Shown here: positions 25,119-37,900 of the stretch, one piece after another | How the letters are laid out: each line of letters starts with the position of its first letter | Position numbering within the stretch: position 1 is the stretch's first letter | Assembly (NCBI GenBank): GCA_001687465.1 | Contig: LVLI01000330.1 | Location: forward strand, 1 to 39,240 | Origin: Halocafeteria seosinensis | Lineage: Eukaryota | Reading direction: 5' to 3' | Length of the DNA stretch: 39,240 nt | Notes under the pieces: model-generated | What the model saw: only the letters and a program-made list of their open reading frames with translations | Told to the model about the DNA's origin: nothing | Database searches by the model: none | Translations under genes and position numbers: made by a program

Positions 25119-25172
25119 GTAGTGAGTTCTCTAAATACTAAAATCAGCCTGTACAGTAATATGTGGTTAGTC

Positions 25173-26274
25173 CTAGTAAGCTTTCCCGGGTAAGATAGTC
25201 TCTCCCGTCTTAAACCAATATCTCACAATTAACAGCTGCGCTAGACTTGCGCCTACAATGACAACGGTTTCCACCAGACTGTACCATTGCACTCGTGCAT
25301 TGTTGCTCTCCAGTGCTGAAGACAACAGCGAACTCTTAACTTCCCATCTTAACTGATACTGAAACGAATTGGAGCTACTCACTTTCGCGATGCCTTTTTT
25401 CGCGACTCGCGAGAAAACGCTGCTCACGTTCTAGTTTCTTAATCCAGTCTGATAATCCGTAAACTACCGACAATGTCTTGTCGCCCTCGTCTGCTGCCAA
25501 ATAGGAATTGTTTTGTAATCGAGCGTTGCTACCATCCTCATTAACTCTACTCACCATTTTCAACGCTTTCGTGCTCCGCTTTAGTGTCCGCGTCTGTGCA
25601 TTTTGAATCGGTGGAGATGGTCACAACTACGCGTCGCCATCACACACAGCCGGAGCTTACTCTTTATCTCTAACTCAAACTCTATTAATTTTGCATTCCA
25701 AGAGCTTCGTTTGTTGTCAAAGCAGAAAGCATAATTTCCCCCTTGACTGGTCTCGAAGTCGTGTCCCTGCACAGATAGCCACTGGAGGTGGAACATGCTC
25801 CGTAGAACGAAACAGCAACTGAAATGACCTACCTTTTTGATCACGGTGTCAAGCTTTTCGCCCGTCTCATCATTAATATCGGACTGGATGACTCGATCAA
25901 ATATTAAATCATTGTCCGGATTCGATATCTGTGTGCAAACCAATGCATCAAATTCCGAAGTCTCCTCCCCAACTTTTCAGGGACTAGTTGGTGAACGCAC
26001 TCTATACCACACGTCGGAGGGGCTTCCCCGTAATATTACAAGTCTTGAGGACACCTTTGATTTGGGTGGAATGTCCTCAAAGAAACAATCGGCCGAAGAT
26101 GCTTCAATCTGCACAAAGGCACGGGTATACAAGCTTAAGAGAGGGAGTGTCTGAACCAAGTCTTCCTACCTGGAACCGAAGGCGTGTCATTGGCGGCGGT
26201 GTTTTCGCTAATACTCCCTTGTGGGATATCTCTGTTAATAATAGTAATGCGGTAGCGAGTATTGCTCCTTGCAT
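25173..26274 (-). CDS. emp24/gp25L/p24 (TMED) GOLD-domain cargo receptor; about 5 exons
   Basis: Signal peptide MQGAILATALLLL..., IEASSADCFFEDI, GGNYAFCFDNKRSSWNAKLIEF, coiled coil LEREQRFLASREKRHR, LESNNARVQWYSLVETVVIVGASLAQLLIVRYWF (TM plus tail); GT-AG introns separate the ORF pieces. An in-frame upstream ATG at 26337 is an alternative start. Confidence 0.9.
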
Positions 26275-26492
26275 TCCAACGCCATGGGCTCTTAACCTGG
26301 CCCTTTGGCGCTCATGGCTTCTATCTACACCATACATGATGGTTTGTATAAAAAGTGAATGTTACTGTGTGTTTAATGCTTCATTCCATAATGAGAGATT
26401 TCCATATATACAATCAACATGGCATAAACAATACAAACTTGCAGTGTAATTGAATTGTCCATGCTCCAAGACAGATAGAGAGTACCTACAGG

Positions 26493-26885
26493 ATGTCTGA
26501 TTTACGGACCACTACAGAAGCGCTCCTGCATCGGCTGCTGAGTCGATACGAGACGTTGTTAGACCATGCCAAGGTAAGAAGGAGGCGTGCGTCCCTGAAA
26601 GAGAAAGAGTCCTACAGAGTTGACGTCCTGCTGCAGGTTGATTGGCAACATCATACGAGCGAATTGAACATGTTTCGGGTGGAATCAACCGCGGATGCCA
26701 TTACAGATGATGTTGAACAATTATTGTCTCTGATACACGACCTAAAGGTGCAGAGAATAGCGGATCTCTCCAGGTACTACCATGCTCTCAAGAAGGACGA
26801 ACAACAGGCTACGGAAGGAGGAGGCCAAGATGAACAGTGGGAAGACGATGATGATGATGACGACGAAGATGAAGAAGAGGGGTGA
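26493..26885 (+). CDS. MED22: Mediator subunit Med22 (Srb6/Surf5)-like; 2 exons
   Basis: In-frame 63-nt intron 26574..26636 (gtaaga...ctgcag). Spliced LLSRYETLLDHAKVD...MFRVESTADAITDDVEQLLSLIHDLKVQRIADL matches the Med22 pattern (L-x-N-F-x-x-I-I-x-x-A-K...E-x-L-L-x-L-x-x-D/E-L-K); acidic tail. Confidence 0.7.
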   Translation: MSDLRTTTEALLHRLLSRYETLLDHAKVRRRRASLKEKESYRVDVLLQVDWQHHTSELNMFRVESTADAITDDVEQLLSLIHDLKVQRIADLSRYYHALKKDEQQATEGGGQDEQWEDDDDDDDEDEEEG

Positions 26886-28544
26886 ACACCGATTGGTAAG
26901 TCGGCGAAGACACTCCAAACGTGTTGTGTGTGGAATACTGACACTGCGCCTGGGGTACTTGCAATGGTCCCTTTCGAACAAACTTACGCGGTGTGTGGGA
27001 AGTATTTCTCACTGTGTTGCTTCCCACTAGAGTTTGCTGGCGTGATATGCTTTCCTACGCGAAGGGAAGTGTCTACGTTTGCAAGTTAAGAGGAGCATCG
27101 TGGAAGACCGCCGAGTATTTTTGAAAGACGTATACGGTCCAGTGTTTGTCCTTTTATCGATTTGTTTCGATTTTTCAATTTTTACGTTGCTATGATGCCT
27201 CTCCATCAAAACTGCTTACCTTACAATTTCCCCTTGGTTTGGCCGCTGGAATATTGAACCGAATTCGCTCAGTTAACTCCACCCGAGCAGGGCGTCGAAG
27301 GGATATACACTACGTGGATGAGGAAGTGCAAGCAACAAAGGAAAATTTTCATTGCCAAATGCTTCATGACACTCAGAGACATCATGCGATCGCGAACCGA
27401 AACTATTTCGATGATACCATGGGGTTGTTACAACTTTGGGATCCTGGAACTCAATCAGCCTCTACTCAGCACTGACAGTGCCGCACTGCTCCAAGACGCA
27501 TTTAACGCTGGTGGATGAAGGCTCTCTTGATGAATTGAGGTATACACCTTTGTTATTACCGTTTCCTCGCTCCATAAAGAGAAATAGGGACGAATGCATT
27601 GTAATCTCTGTGAGATGCTTTTGTGATGCGACTTCCGAAATTTTTCGAAGATAGTGGATGCATCCTATAAGACAGGGCAGTTCATTACTTCAACCTACAG
27701 AGTCTTGGAGAAGTGAGGGAGATAAAGCTTTTAGAGACAACGTCAACTCCTCACCAAGTAGCTCACTTGACAGATAGCTGGCGTAGAGACTTTCCCGCCG
27801 CTTGCGTCGGAAGCATTTTTTAAATTTTTTTAAATCTAATTGTTCGCCAGGAGCGATGGATGAACAACATGAATGTGCACATATTAGGGCACCCTATACT
27901 ATTGAAAATGATGGTGCATAGTGTGTATACACAAGTGAGTTTACTTTCAATTCGTTATGCGAAACTATAGTCGAAGAAGGTTCTTCATCTTCTCTTCGTG
28001 TTGAGTTTTTAATCTGTAACGTTATCTTGTACAACACCACCACTATACACTATACATTCTTATGAACATACGGCCTTTTTACTAGTTTCACAAGAAACTC
28101 AAGCAGAGAAAGTTTTAAAACGGTTGTACGAAGAGCATTTTAAGGCGAATTGGGAGGGTTTCTGTGATTCAATTGTTTTATGGCTGTGAACCGTTGTTGC
28201 AGGCTTGAGGTCAACACTGGAGGGACCAGAGGTTGCCAGACGGCACCTTGGGCTATATACCCCGATCAGCCTTCTCTGTGTGTATTGGTATTGTTCTCCG
28301 CCCGGTGTCTGCATCTATCGTGTCCGTAAGAAGTGTATGCTCAACACGGTCGGGCTTCCGGCACACCCCTCCCGTCTTGCTACATTCAAGCGATCTTTTA
28401 ATCAGCTCCTGTGCGATACGCGAGATGCACCAAGTGGAAATCGGGAACACTGATGGGACCGTGCCTGTGTAGCTTCCCGGCCAAGTACTGTGACCGACGG
28501 CTAGAATAACACGCGAGCGAGCCCGGATGTTGCTTAGGCATACA

Positions 28545-29980
28545 CTACACGCTGTCCATCAAGCCATTCTGTACATACGTTTCTATTTCCAAATTCAATC
28601 GCTCCTTTCTCCATCCCAGTTCTAATGCTTTCAAATCACGAGCTGCAACGGCTTCAAATTCGGTTTTGAAGTTTCCTAGCAGTATGATTTCCCCCCGATG
28701 GCATATTCGGGCTCTCCACCTCTTTCGGACATGATCCCATGTTACACCGCGAAATCTCGAAGTGCGTTTGGCTCTTCCAGTGGGTAGCGCCTCCGGACTT
28801 CGCAACAACGCATTTGCTTTGCTTGCTTCAATTACACCCTTCTCTACCAAACCCGGTAATACATCAGCGTACTCTGTGACCGGGTAGTTCAGGCGTGTGG
28901 TACCATTAGCTCCTGTGAGTTCCAGCCATGCGATATCTCTGGCCTGTGCTGCTTCCTCCATTGAGTCAAAGACGCCTATCTCGTGAACTTTACCCCTCAG
29001 TCTTAAGCGCGCACGGAACCTCTGGCCCCTCCTTTCGACCCCTATGAAAGGGGTTGACGAGTTCTTCTTCTTGCTCGTTTGATTAGCTATTTCACTGCCC
29101 ACCCGAGATTTGGGGTTATTTCTTTGTTCCTCTTCTCTCAATAGCCAATCTTCGAACTCCCTACGCGTTGGAAAGTTGGGCCGTAAATTCTCTCCCAGTA
29201 AGCCCAGTCTGCGTATACCTTCGTCGTATGCGTGTGCCGCCTCAACGGGAGAGTCGAAATGACGTAGTACCTCGTAAACATGACCATCTTCTTTGATTTC
29301 TACCATCCATTTCTCTGTATCCGACGTATCCCTTCTTACACCGAAGTACTCTGGAACCTGCCTTTTCTTGTGCTTTACTACGCCTTGCCCGTCTTCTCGT
29401 GAGAAGTTAACGAGCGCCTCGGAGCCATTGAGTTCGATATTAGCTTCGTCGTGGACTCTTGCAGCTTCCTCTGGCGTAGGATAAACGCCAATCATACGCT
29501 GCCTAAATGGCTTGGATGCTGTAGCTTCACTAGTATCTATGACATATGCCCTCCATCCGCTCTTCCCATTCTGCCAAATACTACACCAACTGCTAACTAC
29601 CATACCAGAAAACGAACAAGATTAGCACTTACATCCCAATAAACCCCCCGAAATGTCGTTGTGGGTCGCCGATAACGCGCTTGATAAAGCGTACTCTCTG
29701 GTACCCTATGTTCTTGACCGAGCTTCTCCAGTTCACCGCGGATGCTTGTAGCAGGTACTGCTGAAAATGCCCGTGTACAAGTCCACTGCGGTAAAGAGGG
29801 TGCCACCAAGTCGGCTGGTATGCGATAGGGAAGGTGCGACGCTAATGAGAATGACCTTTTTTGTGGCGTAGATATCCCTGTTTTGGAGAATGCCTCTATC
29901 AGGCCACGAGCAGCACCTGCCAAGGGCGCTTGCTTGTTTCCAGCACTGTGAGCTAAACGACTCCAACCCCGCATCATCAT
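28545..29980 (-). CDS. Protein with four AP2/ERF domains and a mitochondrial-type N-terminal presequence; 2 exons
   Basis: Intron 29632..29571 (62 nt) joins FRGVYWD|NGKSGWRAYV. Four AP2 repeats: FRGVYWD...IGVYPTPEEAARVHD...VNF; YFGVRR...FDSPVEAAHAYD...PNFP; FIGVERRGQRFRAR...IGVFDSMEEAAQARD...LNYP; FRGVTWDHVRKRWRARI...LGNFKTEFEAVAARD...LNL. Confidence 0.9.
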
Positions 29981-30183
29981 GACCCTCCGTTTCTCAGGAA
30001 CTGCGAACTCCTTCTATATCTCTGGAAAAGACTTAACAAAGCAACAAACGGAGCGCAGATGCTAGCACATCCTCGGCATACCATATAGTAGTAGTAGGTT
30101 GAAGTTGCAGCTTTGGAGGAAGTCTTAACTAACACTTTCACTTGCTCTGATCTTGTTACACACAGTAGGAACCAATTACTATT

Positions 30184-31679
30184 ATGATGAATTCTGATAC
30201 GGTAGATGAATTGGTGGGCTCTACCCTGGAAGCTCACTTACCGACTTCACGGACTGACAACCATGGTGGTGTGGAGGAGCACCAGGAAGTCACGACAGTG
30301 CCTTCCAAGGAAGTCTTCTCTCGGGCCAGACTGATAGCGATTGTGATTGCCGACCAAGAGCACGATGCGATTAAGAAGCTAGTAGAGATCAAAAAGGGGT
30401 TATCAGACAATGATCAGCTCAGCATCATTGTCATCAGTCGGACAGGGACGGAGGCGCAAGTGATGAATGGACTAGGAACGTACTGGTATCGAGGGCATAC
30501 GTGCAACGTTTCTCACGTGAGGTACGGAGAATTCTAAATTACAACGTCTGCTTTCCAAAAGAGTTACTTAATCTTGCTCACACATGGAATTACAACTGTA
30601 CAATTGTATCGGCAGGAGATATTGCGGGTTGTCATTTGCTATGGAGACACCGGAAATTGTTTTGATAGACCCTAGGTACGTAGCTGTTGTTATCTGCCAT
30701 TCATTGTTGCCTCGGTTAGTATGTGCGCACTTGTTTGTTGTGTATCGAAAGCAGTACATGTAGACCAATTAGTACAGAGGGAAAGGCTGCACTCCTACGG
30801 AAACAGCTCACGCTAGAGAAGTTTCCGGATTGGCAAACGAATTGTTTCCAAGTAATTATTGGGGATACTGAGTACACTCCAGCCGTATATGTTCACTCCG
30901 AGGGTGCTCTTGCGGTAAGTGCGCCAGGGAAGAAGTCAGGAAATACCTCGCATTGACGAAGTAGGTGTTGCTCACAGGCCAACTTTGTGCCGGGGGACAT
31001 CATCCTCGTTCGACGGTGCCATAGAAACCTTTCTATGGCTTGCTACATTAATCCACCCGCCGAAGAATTTAAAATAGTAAGAAGAGGGAAAGAAGTAGAC
31101 GTTAGTGAAATTCCTGAAGGATCAGTTTTACTCTCCCATGCTGTAGCGAACCAGCTGGAAGTAGACGAGGGGGAAACGGTTGCGTTGGAAGGGCCCCTTA
31201 ATCCTCCAGAAGCGGACTCTATCACAATTTCATCTGTTACTCCTACGCACGGTACAAGAGAAGAATTACGGAGCTCTGCCTGCTCACTATTTGGGGTGTC
31301 TTCCGGTTTAGAGGCTTCGTCAACGCGCCAGCTTCAATCGCTTCTTTTGGGTGCTGCCCTGAATTCTGAAGAGACCGCCCTTAACGTCGAAGAGAACGCA
31401 AGAGACCATGAACTCTCTGAAGTACTTGCACATGTCAGTGCAGCCAGTAGTAACGAAGAACCTACGCCGTTTAGCTGGTTGGGAGGCCATATCAGTGAAC
31501 AGCGGTGTCGCTATATCCCGGTGGCGCAGGGAGATGCTGTGGTTGTTTCGCCAGATGTTAGAGAGTCAAATGATGATTCCACTCCACAGGACACTTCTGT
31601 TAAGTTGAGAATTCAAAGTACGCAACCATTGGGTACTGTTCTCGTTGGACCTAACACCACGATTCACGTGAGCCGGTGA
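30184..31679 (+). CDS. Fusion of a nucleoredoxin/tryparedoxin-like thioredoxin fold (no CxxC) and a p97/CDC48 N-terminal domain, with no AAA module; 4 exons
   Basis: Exons 30184-30521, 30616-30675, 30755-30914 and 30978-31679 (introns 94, 79, 63 nt). Trx-like: ELVGSTL...RARLIAIVIA, LSIIVIS, PEIVLIDP..RPISTEGK...KFPDW. CDC48-N-like: AVYVHSEGALAANFVPGDIILVR, IPEGSVLLSHAVANQLEVDEGETVAL, YIPVAQGDAVVV, VKLRIQSTQPLGTVLVGPNTTIH. Confidence 0.75.
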
Positions 31680-32089
31680 AGTCTGCTGCACAGTTGTATA
31701 GTACCGTGAACGTGACACGAAAAGGGATTTGAGGTTGATGTGAGTATACGCCTAGCAGCCGTCATTGGAATGGCCATTAATGGTCCATCAGTGTCAGAAA
31801 CACGGCATACATACAAACACACTACACTCCAGAGTTGATGTCGCATCGTGAACTCTCTAGGATTGGCGGAGAAAAATGCTCGTTAGCAACCAAACATTTA
31901 ACTTGTAACAGTAGGTAATATGTTGATATTGTAAGCTTTGCATTTATTGGACTCAACAAGAGACTGCTTCCGAAAGGAGCCTTAGCACACGGAGGTTCAA
32001 CATTTAGAAAACACTAGACGAGCTTACAGCGAAACCTGTGGTATAGGTTTTCAATCAAGGTCTGAAGCTTCCTGTCAATACAGCCCTAA

Positions 32090-32452
32090 TTAAGGATCTC
32101 CTTCGAAGCGATGATCTAAGAAAAATAACCAATTTGGTATTTGAGGGAAATCATAGTACAAAGCATCAAGATCTGCATTTATTACTATTCGCTGTTCACC
32201 TACTAACGGCCTGTACATAGGAGCGATGTCCTCTTCCTCCCTGTCTAGGGCAGAATAAAACCAATTGACACTCCGAGAGAGCCATCCTAGCCTTGCACTC
32301 TTATACGCTAATGAGAGTGCATTGTTCCCCATGCTAGTAGATTGTCCATACAGAGGCATTTCCAAGTAGTGCGTGAATACCTCCCAAACAGCATCGAGGG
32401 AGTAACGATCGGAGTCTAGAGATACGTACTTAAGGAAAAACGCTTCTCGAAA
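32090..32452 (-). other. Unassigned open frame (~120 codons), possibly a small gene or relic
   Basis: Stop-free frame FREAFFLKYVSLDSDRYSLDAVWEVFTHYLEMPLY...DALYYDFPQIPNWLFFLDHRFEGDP*; protein-like composition, no recognised family. Confidence 0.3.
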
Positions 32453-32604
32453 CTAAGCAGAGGAAGTCGCGAATTCTTTCCGTTTCTTGTATTGAAGATC
32501 AAACGAATGTGGAACATTCCACGGAAATGGCTGGGTGTCTGTGATACACTCATCTCGGTCCAGAAAGTCATATGTAAAAGAACTTGCTTGAAGTTCTTGG
32601 TACT

Positions 32605-34413
32605 TCATCGGGGCCTTTGCGCTTCAACTCTTAGCTTTCCATCTTCTACTTTCGCTTCCAGTCCCATCCGTTTGGCTTCCTCGGGATTGGCAACGTCTTC
32701 GGCTTTGTACGCCGCGATTAGATTTTGAATTTTTTCATTCCCTTCGCACAAGTTTCGAATAGTGAGCAAGGCCCACTCACGCAGTAAGGGCTCGCTGGCC
32801 AGTATTCTACAATTGTTGAGTACCATCGGAACTCCTTCAGCGTGCAAAACCTGGTTTTGGGCTCCTCGATTTTTATGTACGATACAACCAATGGTATGCA
32901 ATAGGTCAGAACGGTATCCTGTGGGTATATCAAGTGTACAGTGCTCTTCTCTTTTACCAACGTCCACCGAGTGCTGATGAATAATCCTAAGCTCTCCGAC
33001 ACAAAACTCAAGGACATGGGTTTTACTTCGAAGTTCGTCTTGAAATGCAGACGTTGATCCTGTATACGGCACGATATCTTCCAACAATTCGCAGTACTTG
33101 GCCATAATTCTCAATGTGAGCTGGCATTTCTTTATATTCATGTGGCACCATACACGCTGGGTTTCACCGAGGCCAGGGGAGACCAGCGCTTCTACGGAGA
33201 ACAAAGAGTCAGAACATATTGTGACGAGATCTCTCTGGCTCCACTCCCTTCTAATTGCTCGATCTTCTAATATGGCCTCAAGGGAGTACAATAACACGAG
33301 CTGCTCCTTCGTCGTGTGGTGCAGTGCGTCACTGTCCTCAGACCGAACTGCTAATGCTTCCCATGCTTCAGTGAGCAGGTTTCTTTCTAAGATATTTTCA
33401 GTCATCCATAGAATGATTTCAGGGACACCGGAATCGTTGTAACCACTTTCTTCGGAGGAAGGTGCTGACATAAAAAGTTCACTAAGGAGGCTCCGCGAGT
33501 GCACCTGCGATTCACCTCTTCAAGTGTTAGCAACGTACACTAACAGCGCCACATTTTGCAACAAAGATGCTTACCAGATCCTCCAAACGTTGACTAGCTT
33601 CTGCCATAGCGACGCAGCTATGGACTAGCATGCACAGTCTCTCGGCGAGCACAACGTCATTACTGGCATTGGCATTCGCAACTTGTAATCCTGTTAAAAC
33701 AACCGTAGGAACAATTCGGTCCCATAATTTTCGAACATTCTTTTCGCTGTTGACTACTACATTCGTCATCGCTTGGACCAAAACACGTCGCATCGTCCTA
33801 AGTTGCCTGTACATGCAGAGCCACAGTGCATCATCCATACCGAGAAGCTTCCTTGTGGACTGACGTCCCAACTTACTCAACAAATGCCTCTCCCGCTTCA
33901 TGCAACAGGTAGTTTGAAGTCAGTAGCCCTCCCATCCAGTCTAATGAAGAGAATTGGTTGATTGTGTCTTGTAACCGTGGGTTGTGAACAGTGCCATTTC
34001 TTAGAGTCCGCAACACTGAAGTCAAGAGGCTGAGTATAGAAATGTCCGGATTCTGTTTCCAGGCACTCCTTTCGCGGAATTCTTGAGCTTTCCTGCGAGC
34101 CAGTTCATCCTCCTGAAACGACATGAATTGCCCGCAGCAGGCAAGTAACACCTCATCCATCACAGCCAATTCCTCGGCTGAGAGTGCTCCCAGCGCCTCT
34201 CTGCGCACACAGCAACAAAGCACCTCCTTGACACAAGGGGAAGATCAGACGCATAGAAAAGACGAGTAGAATAGCTTACCTGTAGTCTTCATCACGACAC
34301 CTTTCTGTCATTTGCTCCATGTGCTGTCTGAGGTCATCTAACATAGCGTTCTCATCCTGCTTCCAGGCATGCAAGAACCCTATATCTTGCTGCGCACGAC
34401 TCTCTCCCGTCAT
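32605..34413 (-). CDS. ATXN10: Ataxin-10 (ARM-repeat, Ctr86-like) homolog; 4 exons
   Basis: ATG 34413; introns 34279..34201, 33876..33807 and 33574..33505 splice in frame. C-terminal Atx10 signature: LLHTIGCIVHKNRGAQNQVLHAEGVPMVLNNCRILASEPLLREWALLTIRNLCEGNEKIQNLIA...MGLEAKVEDGKLRV. Confidence 0.9.
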
Positions 34414-34917
34414 CTTCCCCCGGCAATGCACTACATGAACAGTGAATCACAGCACAAACTAGCGGTGATCGTTAGTGTATGTGCACAACTCTATATACAC
34501 CATCAAAACTGAATGGAATTGTGTCACCAGTCCAACTTCAACTTCAATCTCAAGTGTTGTCCACGTTGAAGTTCGGGTCGGCATATCTCTGGCTTACATT
34601 GGCATTGTCACGTTATAAAAGGGTTTGAAATCTAGGGGATGGTAGATTGTAGAACAGTGTGCATTAAGTAGTGGAAGAAGTGAAAATCGATGGATGAGGG
34701 GAGAGAAATAGAGAAAATAAGCAAAGTGTGGACCTGTGCTTAACGCGCCAAACAGTGTTCGCCTTACGCATTCCGTAGTATTACGAGGTTATACGGGCTT
34801 ACCGGCGATCGGAGACGTATCTGTCTTCGTACTGAAGGATGAAAGCTTCAATATAAGGACACTGGACCGAACTAAGAAGGTCATCAGGGGAGCCAAAAAG
34901 TCTTGCAAAGACCAACA

Positions 34918-37900
34918 ATGGTAGTGGAAACAAGTTGCCAACACGCCTCAACCAGAGCTTTACAGCACGATACAGGGAAGCTAGGGATAGACAAGGGAGG
35001 CTCATCTGAGTTGAGTTATGGAAACATAGAAGATGGGTATGAATCCTTCAACGGAGAGACTGGGAATGGGCCAAGTTATCATGGAGAGGAAGAAACAGAG
35101 GAAGAATTGGTAAGTCGCAGTGCTGAAACATACTCACGATATGAACAGCCTTATGAAATGCTTTTGATCTAATTCCAGGAGCGTATATTGCTGGAGGAAC
35201 TCGAAGACATTGATATTAACGAAGAAAATGTCGAAATCACTGCTTCTGGTCAGAGGTGTGCCGTAGAAGCTAATGCGTGGGGGATTGCAAGTAATGGGGC
35301 CTCCGAAGTCGCAGAACACAGGCAAAGTCAACAGTCAAAACACAGTTCTAGGCACTCCATTCCTCCAACAAAGCCTGAGGGAGAGGATGAATGGGCGAGA
35401 ATCCTAGAATTCGCGGAAACCCGTGCTTCTCGGGCCTTCAAGGAGCAGAAGGCTTGCACCGAGTTTCTGGAAAGCGGCTGTGCTAGTGACAAAAGGAGCG
35501 ACGACGAGGACGAGGCCTTATCGGCATTGCGTGCAATTTCAAAGGATTATAACTACAAAGCATCTGTTTTAAAAGCACCCTCGACGGATTACGAGTACAG
35601 CTCGAATTTTATTAAACGCAAGGCCCAAGAGGTCTCCAAACATGCAGATGAGCAGTCAAACACGGCAGCAGATGTAACGATCTCTGGAGCGGTGTCTTCG
35701 TGTGTATCGAAACACACTACAGAATGTACTACTGACGTTTGCTCCTCTTCTGTGGCGAGAACCAGCATCACAAACTCTCGCGATACGGAGAGCCCCCACG
35801 GTGAAAACGGTGGTCTTGCTTCTAGTCACCCTAGTCCACTGTCTGAGATTCATACTGTATCTCATTTCAATACCGCCCACAATGGATTCACCGAGGGAGA
35901 AAGGTCGAGCGATCACATACCTACTACGATTAAAGAGTTACCCTCAACTTCTGCGACCAGTGCTATCGACTACTCTGATGAACAAAGTTTGGCCAGTGAA
36001 GAGGATGCTTACTTTTCTGTAGAGCGCTTTCTTGAAGAGGTTGCGGCAACCTTTCGAACGACACACGCTTCCACTGAGGGAGCTGAAGAGAAAGAAATCA
36101 TTGGAAATGTCCAGCTGGATGGCAATGTCGGTGCAGAAACCGAGTCTGCGACAGAACCAGAGGAGGAATTGGACATACAATTCCAGCGAATAGAGGCTCT
36201 CGAGCGAGAGTACCAGGAGAAAAAGCAACAAAGAGAGGAAAAGTGGCGACGGAGAGCCGCTACCGATATTTCGAGAATATTCAAAGGTTGGAAAGCAAGA
36301 CGGCTTTTTGCTCACCTCCGGGAAGAAAGGAGGGAGTACCTCCGTAGATGGGGAGCTGCAACGACCATTTGCAAAGTAGTAAGAGGCTGGAGCACACGCA
36401 GATGGTTTTGTTTGCTTCGAAGGGCGAAAAAGCGTGAGCAACAGCTACAGATGCAACGAGATCGTGATCAGGCTAAAGAGCAAGCCAAAATTAGAGAGGA
36501 GGAAAAACGTCTAAGGCAGAAAGAAACGGAAAACTATGCTGGATTGAAAGTTTGCGCGTTTGTTAGAATGTCGCATGCTCGCCTTCAGTATATTAGGAGT
36601 TTGGAACGGAGACGTGATGCCAGCGCAATAAAATTACAAGCTTGGTGGCGCGCAATGTTAGCTATGAGATGCGCACGCCGACTTCGTCTTGAGAAACGAC
36701 GAGAGAAGGCAGCATCGCTGGTTCAACACAATTTTAAGGTCGTGTGTTTTCGAAGACAGGTAATGGCCTGTGTTCATGACTTAAGCGCACAGCACCAAGT
36801 GGAATCTATATCAAGAGTCGTTCGATTCATCTGGGCTTGCCGATGTCTCCGATGGATACGAGCGGCAGCACTGTGTCACCGTAACCGGCTAAGATATGTA
36901 GTAGCAATTCAGACGTGGTATCAATACAGAAAATGTATCGTAGAGCGGCGGCGTCAAGAACAAGTTAGCTCGAGAATTATAGCGCGGTTTCTCCAAGCGA
37001 TGATCTCACGTGGTCTGGCGCGCAAGATCCTGTCAGTTGGGAAGATGTCTTTATGGGATAAAAGATCGCGCTGCAGTGTAGTTATCCAGGCGTGTACTCG
37101 GGGCTGGCTTACACGAAGGCGGATACGGAAGGCTCTCTGCAATTCCAAATTCAATGAAGTAGAAGAACTTGCGGAAGTGAATGTGGATGAGTTCCTTGGT
37201 GTTGACGTTGTTTCTGAACTTCAAGAGCCGGAAGCAATACCTGGGAAACCGAGGAATTCAAACGCAAACAGGCCAACTATCGCCTCAGCAGATACTAAGG
37301 CAGTGCCGGCCACAGCCAAGAACAGTGCGCGTGGTGAAACCGACGAGGGTGAAGAGAATGTCAGACCGAAAGTGCGGAAGAGACTTGAGGGAATGATCCA
37401 TGATGGCAGAACTATGTACGGCGCCGAGCTGCGATCTCATGAGCCGGAATCATACCGAACTCCAAGATCATCCAACAGCAGACAAACGAATAACCAAGTG
37501 GTTGAGGATGACATGGATGTCGAGTCAGTTAGGAGCGATGTGTCATCAGCGCATGGACAAAGGCACAACAATCCTTCATACTCTCCCTTTGATGTTTTGG
37601 AAAGGCCCTCAGACGACCCAAGCAAGCCCTCAACAAGGGGCTCAGACACGAATTGGGGTCTGCATGACGACAAGGCCATCGAATCATGGCAGAAAAGAAA
37701 AGAGCGATTAGGGACAAATGCTGTAAAGAGGCGCCACGAAAAAGAGAAGGAGATGAAGGATCCGTTAAAGCGATTGGAGAAGTTCCGACAGCATATCATT
37801 CGAAGTGAGGGATGTGAAAAAAGCTCGTTCAGTTCTTCAGGGTCTATAGAGAAGACAGTAACCCCTCGAGTGCCTCATGGCAAATCCGCCCGCGAGCGTG

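Noticed and set aside
26840..26882. (GAT/GAC/GAA)n trinucleotide run
   Set aside because: It simply encodes the acidic tail of the Med22-like protein.
27000..28500. Gene-poor 1.5 kb with faint hAT-like words (LTLVDEGSLD, IVDASYKTG) and scattered splice-like sites
   Set aside because: The motifs are in different frames and too short; no terminal inverted repeats and no consistent exon chain.
34533..34575. Short inverted repeat aacttcaa...ttgaagtt in the ATXN10/IQ intergenic region
   Set aside because: The arms are only 8-9 bp, within chance expectation.
818..37799. Many antisense or overlapping short ORFs in the track
   Set aside because: They are shadows of the real coding exons, with no independent motifs.
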